A stretch of DNA of 64,000 bases from an uncultured Alphaproteobacteria bacterium. GTDB taxonomy: Bacteria; Pseudomonadota; Alphaproteobacteria; Rhizobiales; Hyphomicrobiaceae. The translations under genes were made by a program, and so were the position numbers. The first letter of the stretch is position 1. Each line of letters begins with the position of its first letter. Under the pieces are notes generated by a model. The model was not told the DNA's origin and searched no databases. It was given only the letters and a program-made list of their open reading frames with translations. Shown here piece after piece: positions 49,553 to 59,810 of this stretch. Where the stretch lies: positions 3,520-67,519 of the forward strand of contig CAVWOY010000007.1 in NCBI GenBank assembly GCA_963756735.1, in the 5' to 3' direction.

Positions 49553-49770
49553 GTCGCCCATCCTTCGAGATGAGCTGCAACCTGGGATTTCGCGGTCGGC
49601 CGAAAACTGAAAGAGCCGTCGCGAACTCGGAACTAGCTTCTCCTTAGTAGATGGGTGCGCACGCTGGCCGCCACCAACGCACAAATCACGTTTCAGCCCT
49701 GCGCTCGGCGCGGCTCACGGTATCAAGTCCGTTGCCACGTCTGTCAGGAAGCGGAGCATGGATGGATTGC

Positions 49771-50736
49771 CTACAGGCGCAGCAGGCGCTTGGCGTTGCC
49801 CGAGGCGAGCTTGGCCTTGTCCTCGTCGCTGAGCGGCACGGTGTCGATCCAATCGACCGCAGGCTTGTTGGCGACGAACGGCCAGTCGACCGAGAACAGG
49901 ATGCGGTCGATGCCTATCTCCATCACGCTGCACAACAGTGCCGGGTTGGAGAAGAAGCCGCTGGTGGTGATGTAGAAATGGCTGGCGAAGACGTCGCGGA
50001 AGCCGACCGACTTCTGCCCGGGCCGCGCGAGAGCCGCATCGATGCGCCACAGCAGGAACGGCAGCCCCTCGCCCAGGTGGCCGAGGATGATCTTGAGGTT
50101 GGGGTAGGCGTCGAACACGCCGGAGAGCACCAGCCGCACGGCTTGCGTCGCCGTCTCCACCGTGAAGCCCCAGGCGGCGCGCAGGATGATGGGATATTCC
50201 TGCACGTAGTCCTTGTAGTAGGCGTCGATCACGCTCTGGTGCGGCACCGAGGGGTGCAGGTAGATCGGCACGTCGAGGCGCGCCGCGCGCTCGAAGATCG
50301 GCCAGAAGCGCTTGTGGTCGACGAACTGGCCGTTGGCGAGGCCGTGCAGCATGGCGCCCTTGAAGCCGAGCTTGGCGACGGTGCGCTCCAGCTCATCGGC
50401 GGCAGCGGCGGGGTCCGAGGTGGGGAGCGCCGCGAAGGCGGCAAAGCGCTTGGGGTGGACGCTGCAGGCGGCGGCGAGGCGGTCATTGACCTGGCGCGTC
50501 AGGGCCACCGCGCCTTCTCCGGTGAGCTTCTGCGTGGCGGGCGCGCCGTGCGAGATCACCTGGATGTCGATGCCGGCCTCGTCCATCTCCTTGAGGCGCA
50601 GCTCGCCCATGTCGTAGAGCCGCCGGGCGAGCTCGGGGTCGCGCGTGGAGTCAGGCCCGGTGTAGTGCTGCGCCAGCGCCTTGTCCCAGTAGTGCTCCTC
50701 CAGCGCGATGACCTGGCATTTCGGCTTCATCAGCAT
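49771..50736 (-). CDS. Amidohydrolase_2 (ACMSD-like) family metal-dependent hydrolase/decarboxylase
   Basis: Start ATG 50736 (MLMKPKCQVIALEEHY). ..ISHG.., YLHPS, GHLGE, FSVDWPF. Confidence 0.85.
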   Translation of the reverse strand: MLMKPKCQVIALEEHYWDKALAQHYTGPDSTRDPELARRLYDMGELRLKEMDEAGIDIQVISHGAPATQKLTGEGAVALTRQVNDRLAAACSVHPKRFAAFAALPTSDPAAAADELERTVAKLGFKGAMLHGLANGQFVDHKRFWPIFERAARLDVPIYLHPSVPHQSVIDAYYKDYVQEYPIILRAAWGFTVETATQAVRLVLSGVFDAYPNLKIILGHLGEGLPFLLWRIDAALARPGQKSVGFRDVFASHFYITTSGFFSNPALLCSVMEIGIDRILFSVDWPFVANKPAVDWIDTVPLSDEDKAKLASGNAKRLLRL

Positions 50737-50881
50737 GTGGCGCTCCCGATCTGCAGAGACTGGACGGGTCCGTTCTAGCAGACCGCAGCCGGCGTGCACA
50801 TTGGACGGCGCCATTGCCCGCAAGCTCACCCTGCGCCAGTATGCGCTGGAATCTCGTATGATCGCGATCTCGGAGGAAGCC

Positions 50882-51541
50882 ATGAAAGCGCCGCGCATCA
50901 GCTACGTGGACCCGTCCAGCATCACTGATGCGGCGATGCTCGCCGAGCTGGACCGCTGCCGTCGCGAGGGCACGCCGCGTCCCGAGAGCCAGGCCGTACG
51001 CGCACATGTGCCGGCGGTATTCTGGTCTTTCGCCAACAGTTGGCGCGACGTGTTCAAGAACGGCGTGGCGGACCATGCGATCAAGGAGCTCTGCCGCATC
51101 TACGTGTCGCGCTCGGTGAAGTGCGAGTATTGCGGCAACCAGCGCTCGATGAAGGCCGCCAGCCAGGGGATCGTCGAGGACGACTACCTCGACCTCCTCA
51201 ACTTCGAGAAATCGACCCGCTACGACGACAAGCAGAAGGCGGCGCTCGCCTGGGCCGAAGCGATCACCTGGGACCTCCCCGCCGACGACGCGCTATGGAG
51301 CCGGCTGCACGCACATTTCAGCGAGCCGGAGCTTGTCGAGATCGGCTATTTCATCGCGCTGACGATGGGGCAGCAGCGCTGGCTCAGAACGCTCGATATC
51401 GAGCACCACCAGGTGCTGGCCGGAACGGAAGCATCGATGGCGCCGGGCTTCGAGACCGCCGAGGCGCTGCAGCGCTCCAAGCAGGATGCGGGCTACTGGG
51501 CGGGGCAAGACGCCAAGCCGGCGCGCGACGCGGCGGGGTGA
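50882..51541 (+). CDS. Carboxymuconolactone decarboxylase (AhpD-like) family protein
   Basis: ATG 50882. The CEYC motif occurs in VSRSVKCEYCGNQRS. AhpD-fold helical pattern. Confidence 0.75.
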   Translation: MKAPRISYVDPSSITDAAMLAELDRCRREGTPRPESQAVRAHVPAVFWSFANSWRDVFKNGVADHAIKELCRIYVSRSVKCEYCGNQRSMKAASQGIVEDDYLDLLNFEKSTRYDDKQKAALAWAEAITWDLPADDALWSRLHAHFSEPELVEIGYFIALTMGQQRWLRTLDIEHHQVLAGTEASMAPGFETAEALQRSKQDAGYWAGQDAKPARDAAG

Positions 51542-51587
51542 CCGGAGAGCGGCACCGCGGCCCATGGGCGCCGCGCTGCGGACTGAG

Positions 51588-52511
51588 CTAGGGAGCGAGC
51601 CGCTTCAGGACGTCGTCCGCCGTCAGCTTCAGGTTCGGATTGAGGGCCTTGGCCTTGGCAAAGGCCGCCTCGGCCTCCCCGGTGCGGCCGAGCGCGCGCA
51701 GGATGTGGCCGTGCGTGTCGTTGCAATGGGCATGACAGAAGCGCACGGTCTCCACCGCCTTCTCGGCATCCTTCAGGGCGTCCTCGAGCCGGCCCGCCTT
51801 GAAATGCGCCCAGGCGCGGCCGTTGAAGTAGTTGTCGTCGCGAGGGTCGATCTCCAGCGCCTTTGTGAAGTCTTTGACGGCCTCGTCATACTTGCTCTGG
51901 AGAATCCAGGTGATGCCTCGGAAGCGATAGCCCTCGTCGTATTTGGCCCTCAGCTCCACGACCTTGGTGAAGTCCTTGGCGGCGTTGTCGAGGTCGGCGC
52001 TGACGAGGTGCGTGCGGCCGCGGCCGAAGTAGTTGTTGGCGTCGCCCGGGTCGATGCCGAGCGCCGTGTTGAAATCATCGATGGACTCTTTGTACTTGCC
52101 CAGCTCCCTGTAGGAGTCACCACGGTTGCGGTAAGCCTCATCCCATTTCGGCGACAGCTTAATCGCCTCGGTGAAGTCGCCGATGGACTTCGGTTGCATG
52201 CCCGCGGACCTGTGGGCGTCGCCGAGCACCCGGTAGGCGTTGGCAAGCCGCTGTCTCAGCCGGTCGTGGTCGGGACGTGTGGAGTGCAGGCCGACGTAGC
52301 GCTCCTGCAGCTGCACGCCGGTGGCGAACAGCGCCAACGCGTCCTTGCGATCCACGTCCAGCTGCCTGTTCACGAAGTCGTTGGCCCAGTTCACATACCT
52401 CCAATCGACCAGCGAGAACTCGCGGTCATAGGTGCTGCCCCCCTTGTCGAGCAACTGCAGCACCCGCGTCTGTGCCTGGTTGAGAATGCGCGCGTTCTCG
52501 GTGTTTCGCAC
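51588..52511 (-). CDS. TPR-repeat protein, downstream partner of the giant caspase-domain gene
   Basis: GTG start 52511, 55 nt after the upstream stop. At least 5 TPR units (AIKLSPKWDEAYRNRGDSY, ALGIDPGDANNYFGRGRTH, VVELRAKYDEGYRFRGITW, ALEIDPRDDNYFNGRAWAH..). Confidence 0.8.
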   Translation of the reverse strand: MRNTENARILNQAQTRVLQLLDKGGSTYDREFSLVDWRYVNWANDFVNRQLDVDRKDALALFATGVQLQERYVGLHSTRPDHDRLRQRLANAYRVLGDAHRSAGMQPKSIGDFTEAIKLSPKWDEAYRNRGDSYRELGKYKESIDDFNTALGIDPGDANNYFGRGRTHLVSADLDNAAKDFTKVVELRAKYDEGYRFRGITWILQSKYDEAVKDFTKALEIDPRDDNYFNGRAWAHFKAGRLEDALKDAEKAVETVRFCHAHCNDTHGHILRALGRTGEAEAAFAKAKALNPNLKLTADDVLKRLAP

Positions 52512-52566
52512 CAGGTTCTCGCTCGTCTCCAGCGCGGCGATGGCGAGCCTCCCGGCCAGCGTGACT

Positions 52567-55500
52567 TCAATCGGACTCCGCGGCCTGCGAGAGCTGCAGG
52601 TAGAGCTCGGCCCGCTTGGTCGCAGACAGCCTCTGCCTGGCGATTCCGAGCTGCGAGCCGAAGTGATCGGCGAGCTCCAGCAGCTTGGCTGTCGGCAGCA
52701 CCTCCTCGCGCTTCTTCTCGTCCAGGCGCTCGTTGAGGTCTACCACCGCCTTGGCATAGACGCCTGTCCGCAGCTGCTGGGCCGCGCCCAGAAACTGGAC
52801 GAAGGCCACGCGCGGGTTGCCGTGCGGGGTGCCGCCCGTGCCGGTGCCCCTGAGCACCAGCTCGTAGTGGCCACGCACCGCCAGCGTTGCCAAGCTGTCG
52901 GAGGCCTTCTTGTCGGTCAGCTCGTCGACGAGGCGCACGCCCTTGCCGATGGCCGACGAGAGATCCTCCGTGCCGCCGAGGGCGGCGACGATCTGGGGCC
53001 GCGTGTAGCCCTTGAGCGCGGCGGCGTCCTTTGCCCGCTTGGGATCGTTCAATCGCGGCCAGCACGCGCCTGGCGCTGTTGTCCGCATTTTCGAACACCT
53101 TGACGAGATCGGGCAGGGCCAGCCGGGCGGCGAGCTGGACACGGCGCGCGTGGATCGCGACCTCGATGGCCTCGATCGCGTCCTGACCCTGCACCAGCTT
53201 CTGCGGCTGGCGCCGGTCGCGCTGGGCCAGCAGCAGGCGGTTGGCAACGACATAGTTCTGAAGGGCGCTATCGAGGCGCTCCGTGCTGCCCATCGCCGAG
53301 CGCTCCAGCTCGTAGCCCAGCAAGGCGAAAGCCATGGGATCGCCGGCCTCGCTCAGCTCAGTCAGCTCGTCGGTGAGCTTGGCAACCCGAGCCGCGATAC
53401 TGGTGCATTGCAACGCCAAGCCTACCAAGGCCGGGGCTACGAAGCGGCCTCTGCGCATGGCCTGCGTGTAGAGCGCCAGCATCGCCGAGGCGCGGGCGCC
53501 GTCGCAGCGGATCGTTCCCGAGTCCCCGCCCTGTGCCGGCGAGCTTCTCTTCTCGCTCTCGCCCAGCTCACGGGCGATGAGCGCCAGGGCCAAGGGATTG
53601 CCAGCCGCCGCGTCGGTCAGAGCGAAAGCGATGGCGCGGCTCGGCAATTGCCGCTCCAGCGACCGGTAGGCGTGCTCGGAGAGCGCCAGCGCCCGCTGTC
53701 CAGGCGTCGAGAACTCCAGGAGAAGGCGCGAGCACTCGCGCTGATAGTTGGAGTTGGGGTCGCCGGCGCAGGCGGCGGCCGGGGTGTCGGGCACGACGGT
53801 GCCATCGGCCGGCAGGAACCAGTTGGCATGCACATCGCTGTCGGAGCGGGAGAGCCAGCGGGGGGTCAAAGCTTCCGCCATATAGGGAATCTTGTCCACG
53901 TCGGCCTCGAGCGTGACGGCGGGCATCACGATGTGCTTCAGGCCGACCACGGCGAACAACTCGCCGGTGGCGAGCGGCTGCAGGCCGCCGATCCTCTTGC
54001 TGGAACCCCCCGGCGCATACCAGTTGAGCAGCAGCCCCAAGCGGTTGTACGAGCGGATGCTGCTCTCGTCGTGGACGTGCAGCACCCGGTCGCCGATCGC
54101 CCACGCCAGGTCCTGGGCCGAGTTGAGCTTGGTGCGGGTATTGATGGTGATGGGTTGCGGTGCCTTGCTGGTCAGGTCCAGGCTCCAGATCTCGACGTGA
54201 CCCTCCTCGTAGGCGAGGAAGGCGCTGGAACCCTCATCGAGAAAGCCGAAAGCGCTGAGCCTGCCCTTGTCCGGGGCGATGCGGATGTCGGGCCGCTTGT
54301 TGCGGGCGTAGCTGGGATCATCGTGAAAATACGCGATACGGATCATGTTCTCGGATTCGATGCGGTACAGCCAGCCCGCCTTGCCACCGGTGCGCGCTTC
54401 CTGCCACTGCTCCCGATTGGGGTCGTGCACCGCGTAGACCGCTCCATCCATGGCGACCCTGACGAGGACGCGCAGCGACACCGACATCGTCGCTCTGGTG
54501 CCCGCGTCGCGCCGCTCCGGCCGGGAGGTGCCGGCCAGGACGAGATCGGCGTAGGGCACGCTCTCCTCGGGGTCGGGCGCGTTCACCCGCACCGGATCGC
54601 CCTTGAGAAGCCCGGTCTTGAGATCGATCGCGGCGACGAACGCCGCCGAGCGCAAATTGCCGGGCTCGGTTTCGAGCTCGGGCACGACCGCGAGCACAAG
54701 TAGCTGCCGGCGCGCAGGATCGAGCGCCTGCGTGACGAAGTCGACCGCCGGGGTACGAGGCTGCTGCCCGCGCCGCGTGAACCAGTCGGTGATCTGCCGC
54801 TCGATCTTCGCGACGGCCCTCGATGTGGAATCCGCGTCGCCCAGCTCCACCTCCATCAGGTCGCCGTGGTCGACGCCGTAGACCACGCGACCGTTCGCGC
54901 CCAACCACCTAATCAGATCGCATGCGTGGACACAGTCGCGCTCCTTGTGAAGGACCTGGTCGACACGGCGCTTCAGGACGCTGCGGCCTTGCGGGTTGGT
55001 GGCCGCGAAGATGACGCCGTTGGTGGGGGAGTTGAAGTCGAGGGTCTGCCGGTCGTAGTCCCGGTAGTAGATGTGTTCCAGCTCGTACCTGCCGTCCCGC
55101 AGCTTGATCTCGGAATGCTGGACGGTCCAGGACTTGTTCTTGTCGTCTGGCGGGTAGCGCAGCGTCAGCCTCTGTTGCTCGTCGACGTCGATCGAGGTGA
55201 TCGCCGGGTCGTTCCAGGTGTGCAGCGCCTTGAGCGAGAACGTGCCGTCCTGCGTGCCGAGCGCGTACAAGGACATTCCTCCGGCGGCGTGGGTGATGAT
55301 GCGCTCCTTGGCGAGGCGAAGGAGCGGCGGTGTCGGTCCCGGCCAACGGTCGAGCTTGCTCGTGCCCTGCAGGCGCTGCCAGCCGCTTCCCACCTCGGTG
55401 CCGAGGCGCGCTGCGAACGCGGCGCCGTCGGGCTCCGCCCACACGCACAGGCTCTCGTAGCAGCTGATGGCAAAGCCAGTGCCCATGGCGTTGTTCCAGC

Positions 55501-58372
55501 TCGGCCGGCCGGCTGCGCGCGGCAGCCTGATGGCCTTGCCCTCCAGCGCGCCTTGCGCATCGAAGCGCCAGCCCAGAACGTCTCCGTTCTTGTTGACGGC
55601 CGCCAGCATCAGGCGTGAGCCGACCGTGCCGAAGGCGATCGCCCGCACGTCGTCCTCGGCATAGACGTCGTAGTAGTCGGAGTTCCTGCGCAGCGAGAAC
55701 AGCTCCGCATCGCCGCGCTCCGAGAGCAGCGCCGCATGCGATCCGTCCGGACTGGTGATCAGCGTGCGTACGTTGTCGGCATAGCGCGGCTGCCGCCGGA
55801 CAAGGCTTCCCGTGTTCGCATCGGAAAGGATGAGCCCCTTGTCCTGACCATCCTCGGCCCACACGATGTAGCGGCCGTCCGGCGTGAAGGCGGCCTTGAC
55901 CGAGTTGGTTGCGATCGATCCCGCCAGCTCGACGTCGGCTTGCCGCCTCATCAACTCGACCACGACGTTGGCAAAGTCGACGCCGAGCACGGGATCCATC
56001 GCCTTGCCCGGCTTCTTGTCGTCGTACTCGTACTCGAAATCGACCGCGCGGTTGCGCTCCTTGAAGATGCGCCGGGCTGCGAGCGCCAGCGCGCGCGCGT
56101 CATCGGAGCTTCCCGCCTCGAGCTTGTCGCGGGCCTTGGCCAGCAGCAGCTTGAACTGGCCCGTGAATGCGCCGTCCCGCCATTCGTTCAGCAGGTTGTT
56201 CTGGTCCCGGACCAATGTGACCACGTTCCAAAGGCCGAACACGACGCCGCACAGGATGACGGCGGCTGCTGTCGCCGCCCGGGACCACCACTTTACGCGG
56301 AGCGCCCTCATGCGTTCTTTCTCGCGCGCGTCCCTTATCTCCTTGAGCTTGGTATCGGCGGCGCCGCGGAACCGGCTGTCGGGGTACTGGGAGATGAAGC
56401 TCTCGAGCAGCTGCTCGCTGTTGCTGGAGCTCGTCAGCGTCCAGTATTCCTCCTCGCGCTCCCTGGCGGTCTCCTTGCGCTGCCGGTCCAGCTCCTCGCG
56501 GGTCAGAACTCGATGCTCGGCGCTGCGGTTGGACTGCTTGAAGGCGAAGTGGTCGACCATCAGGGACGACTGGTCCCATGGCAGCTGCCGCCCCTCGGTC
56601 TTCTCGTTCACCTCCTTGCGCACCACGCGCATCATCTGGCCGACGTCTTGATCCTCGGCAATGATGTGCTGGAGCAGCGAATGGGCAAACGGGCTGTGCT
56701 GGCCGGCCGTGCCGTCGCTGGCGGTGGCGCCGGGCTGGGTGGAGAAGGCGATGAAGGTTCCGGCCGGCGCCCCGAGGTTGGCAAAGCCCCTGCGCAGCGA
56801 CCGCGACAGCGAGCGCCCCTGGAACGGGTTGTCGCGGCAGCAGTCGAGAATGATGATGCCGACCTTGCCCGATTCCTCGAGCGGGTCGAGCAAGGTGCCG
56901 AGCGAGACCGAGCTCTGGCGCAGCTCCGGCATCGTGCCGGGGTTGCAGTCGACCGGCAGCACGTAGTTCTCGCCGTCGATCTGTACGCCGTGGCCGGCAT
57001 AGAAGATGAGGCCGACGTGGCAGGCGGTCAGGTCGTCCTTGAACTTGACGATCGACTGCACCATGGAGTGCTCGGTGGCGTCGCGCAGCAGCGTGACGGA
57101 GAAGTCGAGCGATTTGAGCCGGTCGGCGATCGCTTCGGCATCGTGGGTGGGGTTGGTGAGCTGCGATGCGGCGGTGTAGGCGCCGTTGCCGATGACGAGG
57201 GCGATGCGCTTGGAGCCGGCCGCGATGTGGCGCACCTGCACCGGCGCGGAGGAGGGCGCGCTCTTGAGGATGCCGAACTCCAGGCGCGCATCCATGTCGG
57301 GCGAGTAGATGCCGTCGGCGAAGGAAAGCTTCTTGCGCTGCAGGGCGGTGAGCGCCCTGGTCTCCTGGGCACCGAAAAGCCCGGTGGGCTGCAGCCCCAG
57401 CTTGCGCTGCAGGCTGCCGACCAGCTCGCCGCGCGAGCCGTGCCTGAGCCGCGTCAGGCGCTCGAGCACGATGCCGGAGTTGCCGACGGCCCCCGTGCGC
57501 CGCAGCTTGGAGGCGATCGCGGCCTCGACGCCGGTCACCAGCACGTAGTCGAAGCGCTTGCCGTTGTCGCCGCGGCTGCCTAGTCCGGCCGCGTTGCGGA
57601 ACTCGGCCCATTCGCCGGTGTGGCCGGCGTCGAACCCGCCGCGCACGGTCTGGCATCCGCGCGAGCGGAACATCCTGCCGCTGAAGGAGGGATGCAGGTT
57701 GGCGTGCGGGATCGACGGATCGTAGATGTCGGTGGTGTCGTAGCGCACGTCATAGATGGTGCGCAGGACGGCGACGCGCTCCTGCTGGGCCTTGTCGTGG
57801 CCGGTGCCGAGCCGGAGGCAGCCGGGGATCTGATGCTTGCCGTGCGCGCCGACGTAGTAGGGGTAGCAGCCCGTCGGCAGCAGGTTGGTCCTGGGATCGC
57901 CGCGGCCGCGCTGGAAGAAGTCGTGCACGAAGGCGTACCACGGCACGGTGGAGCCGACGAAGCCCGAGATCAGCTTGGTGCCGGTATTGTAGACGCCGAT
58001 GACGCAGCGGAACTCGCGATGGTCGGGGCGGGTGAGGCGCAGGCGCAGGCCGGGGCCGCTGGCGCTGCCGCCGGTGGCGAGCATCGCGCCGCGCAGCCCG
58101 AACAGGATGCGATCCTCCTCGCGCGTGGGCTCGAAGCGGTTCTCGCGGATGATGAGCTCGAGGTCGGCGCCGGTGAACTCGAACTCCTCCTCGGCAAAGC
58201 CGGCGTCGAGGTGGCGGTAGTCGGGGTGCTGCTTGTCCTCGGCCCAGCTGACGTCGTCGGCCGCGAAGGCCTGGGCGCCGCGCGGCGGCGCGGTGGCTTC
58301 CTGGCACTCCTCCTCGGGCTCGTACCACCACTCCAGCTCGACATCCTCGCCCGTACTCAAATCTCTGGTCAT
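52567..58372 (-). CDS. Giant (~1,930 aa) single-pass membrane protein: YkuD-like signature + PG-binding repeat + caspase (peptidase C14) domain + TM + beta-propeller-like region + helical tail; one frame break near 53050
   Basis: ORF 52391..58372 is continuous for 5.3 kb. Its real C-terminus continues in ORF 52567..53253 (LNDPKRAKDAAALKGY...LSQAAESD). Motifs: HPSFSGRMFRSRGCQTV (57653-57706); PG_binding_1-like GSRGELVGSLQRKLGLQPTGLFGAQETRALTALQ; caspase KRIALVIGNGAY..., catalytic FYAGHG (His ~56990) and IILDCCRDNPF (Cys ~56837-56842); TM AATAAAVILCGVVFGLWNVVTLV (56210-56284); FTPDGRY/TSPDGSH PD40-like strands. Confidence 0.8.
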
Positions 58373-58900
58373 GCCATTTCCCGTACGCTGCTATGGCAAT
58401 TGCTCGCGAGGGCCAGCCGTCTGCCACCAACGACCTGCGGTGCTGTCAGTGCCGGCGAGTTCAACAAGTCATGGAGTGGAGCGCATCGCACAAAACTGCA
58501 CCAGCATGCCCAAACTATGGGGTGAGAGCGTGGCATGGCCGCCGTTGCTCGGCAAACTGTGTTGTCCAAAGCACAATCCTCGCGTCTCCTGCATGCGGTT
58601 TGCGGGCATTGATGCTCCTGCCGCATGATCGGCCGCCACCGACGGTTGAAAGCGCCACCTTACCGGCGTGGACGCCTGCTGCTTGTGCCGGTCGGCACAG
58701 CCGCGGCCGCCGCGCCCGCGTTCTTATTTTTCTGCCACACCCGCGACGGTAGAAACTGCTGCATCTGCGTGACGGCCTCGGCAGGCCGCGCCGTCAACAG
58801 CCCCGGCTTGTGCCCCCACCCAGAATCAGGATTGCTGCGCGGCTATGCACCGGCGCCTCGCGGCAACCGTCCGCGCTCCAGCCACAGGGGAGCAACCTTC

Positions 58901-59425
58901 ATGATCTTCAACAAGAAGCCAGAGGAGAGCGGCAGTCTGGCGGCCACCGCGCGGGCGTTCGGCGGCACGGCGCCGGCGGATCAGGGGGCGCTGCTCAACC
59001 GCAAGCCGAACCTCGGGCCCTCGCGCGCCATCATCGACGCGAGCCTGCAGATCGACGGCAACCTGACGACCGAGGGCGAGGTGCAGGTCGACGGCAAGAT
59101 CAACGGCGACATCCGCTGCGCGCACCTGACCATCGGCCGCGACGCCGTCATCATGGGCGACATCACGGCGGAGGAGATCGTGGTGCGCGGCAAGGTGACG
59201 GGCATCATCCGCGCCAACCGCGTGATCCTGCAGGACGGCGCGCAGGTGGAGAGCGAGATCATCCAGAGCAAGCTCACCATCGAGGAAGGCGCCAACTTCA
59301 AGGGCATGATCCGCGACCAGACCGAGCCGCATGTGGCGGCACTGCAGGACATGGCGGCGGAGATGAAGGCGAAGGCCGGCGCCGCCGCGGACGAGGTGCC
59401 GGCAAAGAAGGCGCTGGCGGGCTAA
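58901..59425 (+). CDS. Bactofilin (DUF583) family cytoskeletal protein
   Basis: ATG 58901 (MIFNKKPEES). Beta-helical repeat pattern IDGNLTTEGEVQVDGKINGDIRCAHLTIGRDAVIMGDITAEEIVVRGKVTGIIRANRVILQDGAQVESEI. Confidence 0.85.
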   Translation: MIFNKKPEESGSLAATARAFGGTAPADQGALLNRKPNLGPSRAIIDASLQIDGNLTTEGEVQVDGKINGDIRCAHLTIGRDAVIMGDITAEEIVVRGKVTGIIRANRVILQDGAQVESEIIQSKLTIEEGANFKGMIRDQTEPHVAALQDMAAEMKAKAGAAADEVPAKKALAG

Positions 59426-59451
59426 AGTCGGGCAGATCGTGCAGTGAGCTT

Positions 59452-59503
59452 CACCTCCCCCTGTGTCGAAGGCACAGCCTTCGACACGAAAGAGGGGGGA
59501 GGG
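59452..59503. repeat. Nested-hairpin REP (CCTCCCCC ... GTGTCGAAGGC/GCCTTCGACAC ... GGGGGGAGG)
   Basis: Perfect 11-bp inner stem with loop aca, plus a G/C outer stem. Sister copy at 59705-59752. Confidence 0.8.
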
Positions 59504-59626
59504 CGATGCGTCCGCGGTTTGGACCGGCCATCGCCGCGCGATCTGCAGACGCAACAGCCGGGCCAAGCCGCTGGACGCATCGGGTGGGGGCGTCTCGCCG
59601 ATGCGCGGTGCCGTCACCCCCACCAG

Positions 59627-59701
59627 GAATGCCATCGGACTTAGCCTGCCGGTCGTGTTCGCTGCGTGGGTTGCGAGCGGCAGTCTAAGTCCGTGGCATT
59701 C
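59627..59701. repeat. Long interrupted hairpin between the two nested-hairpin REPs
   Basis: gaatgccatcggacttag (59627-59644) pairs with ctaagtccgtggcattc (59685-59701). Inner pair ctgccg/cggcag. Confidence 0.7.
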
Positions 59702-59704
59702 CGT

Positions 59705-59752
59705 CCTCCCCCCTCGTGCGCATCGAAGGCCCGCCTTCGATGCAGGGGGAGG
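59705..59752. repeat. Nested-hairpin REP, second copy (same orientation)
   Basis: cctcccccctcgtgcgcatcgaaggcccgccttcgatgcagggggagg. Inner stem gcatcgaaggc/gccttcgatgc. Confidence 0.8.
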
Positions 59753-59810
59753 CAACGCGTCTGGCGGTGTGTCCAATACGAGTGTTTGGAAGCGTGGTGT
59801 CAGAACAGCG

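Noticed and set aside
58369-58626. 85-aa minus-strand ORF whose stop overlaps the giant gene's ATG (ATGA). It looked like a translationally coupled upstream partner.
   Set aside because: The codons end mostly in A/T (caa, gca, aga, tgt, gtt, ata, ttt...), unlike every credible gene here. The product is Cys/Arg-rich and matches no family. It is probably non-coding leader DNA.
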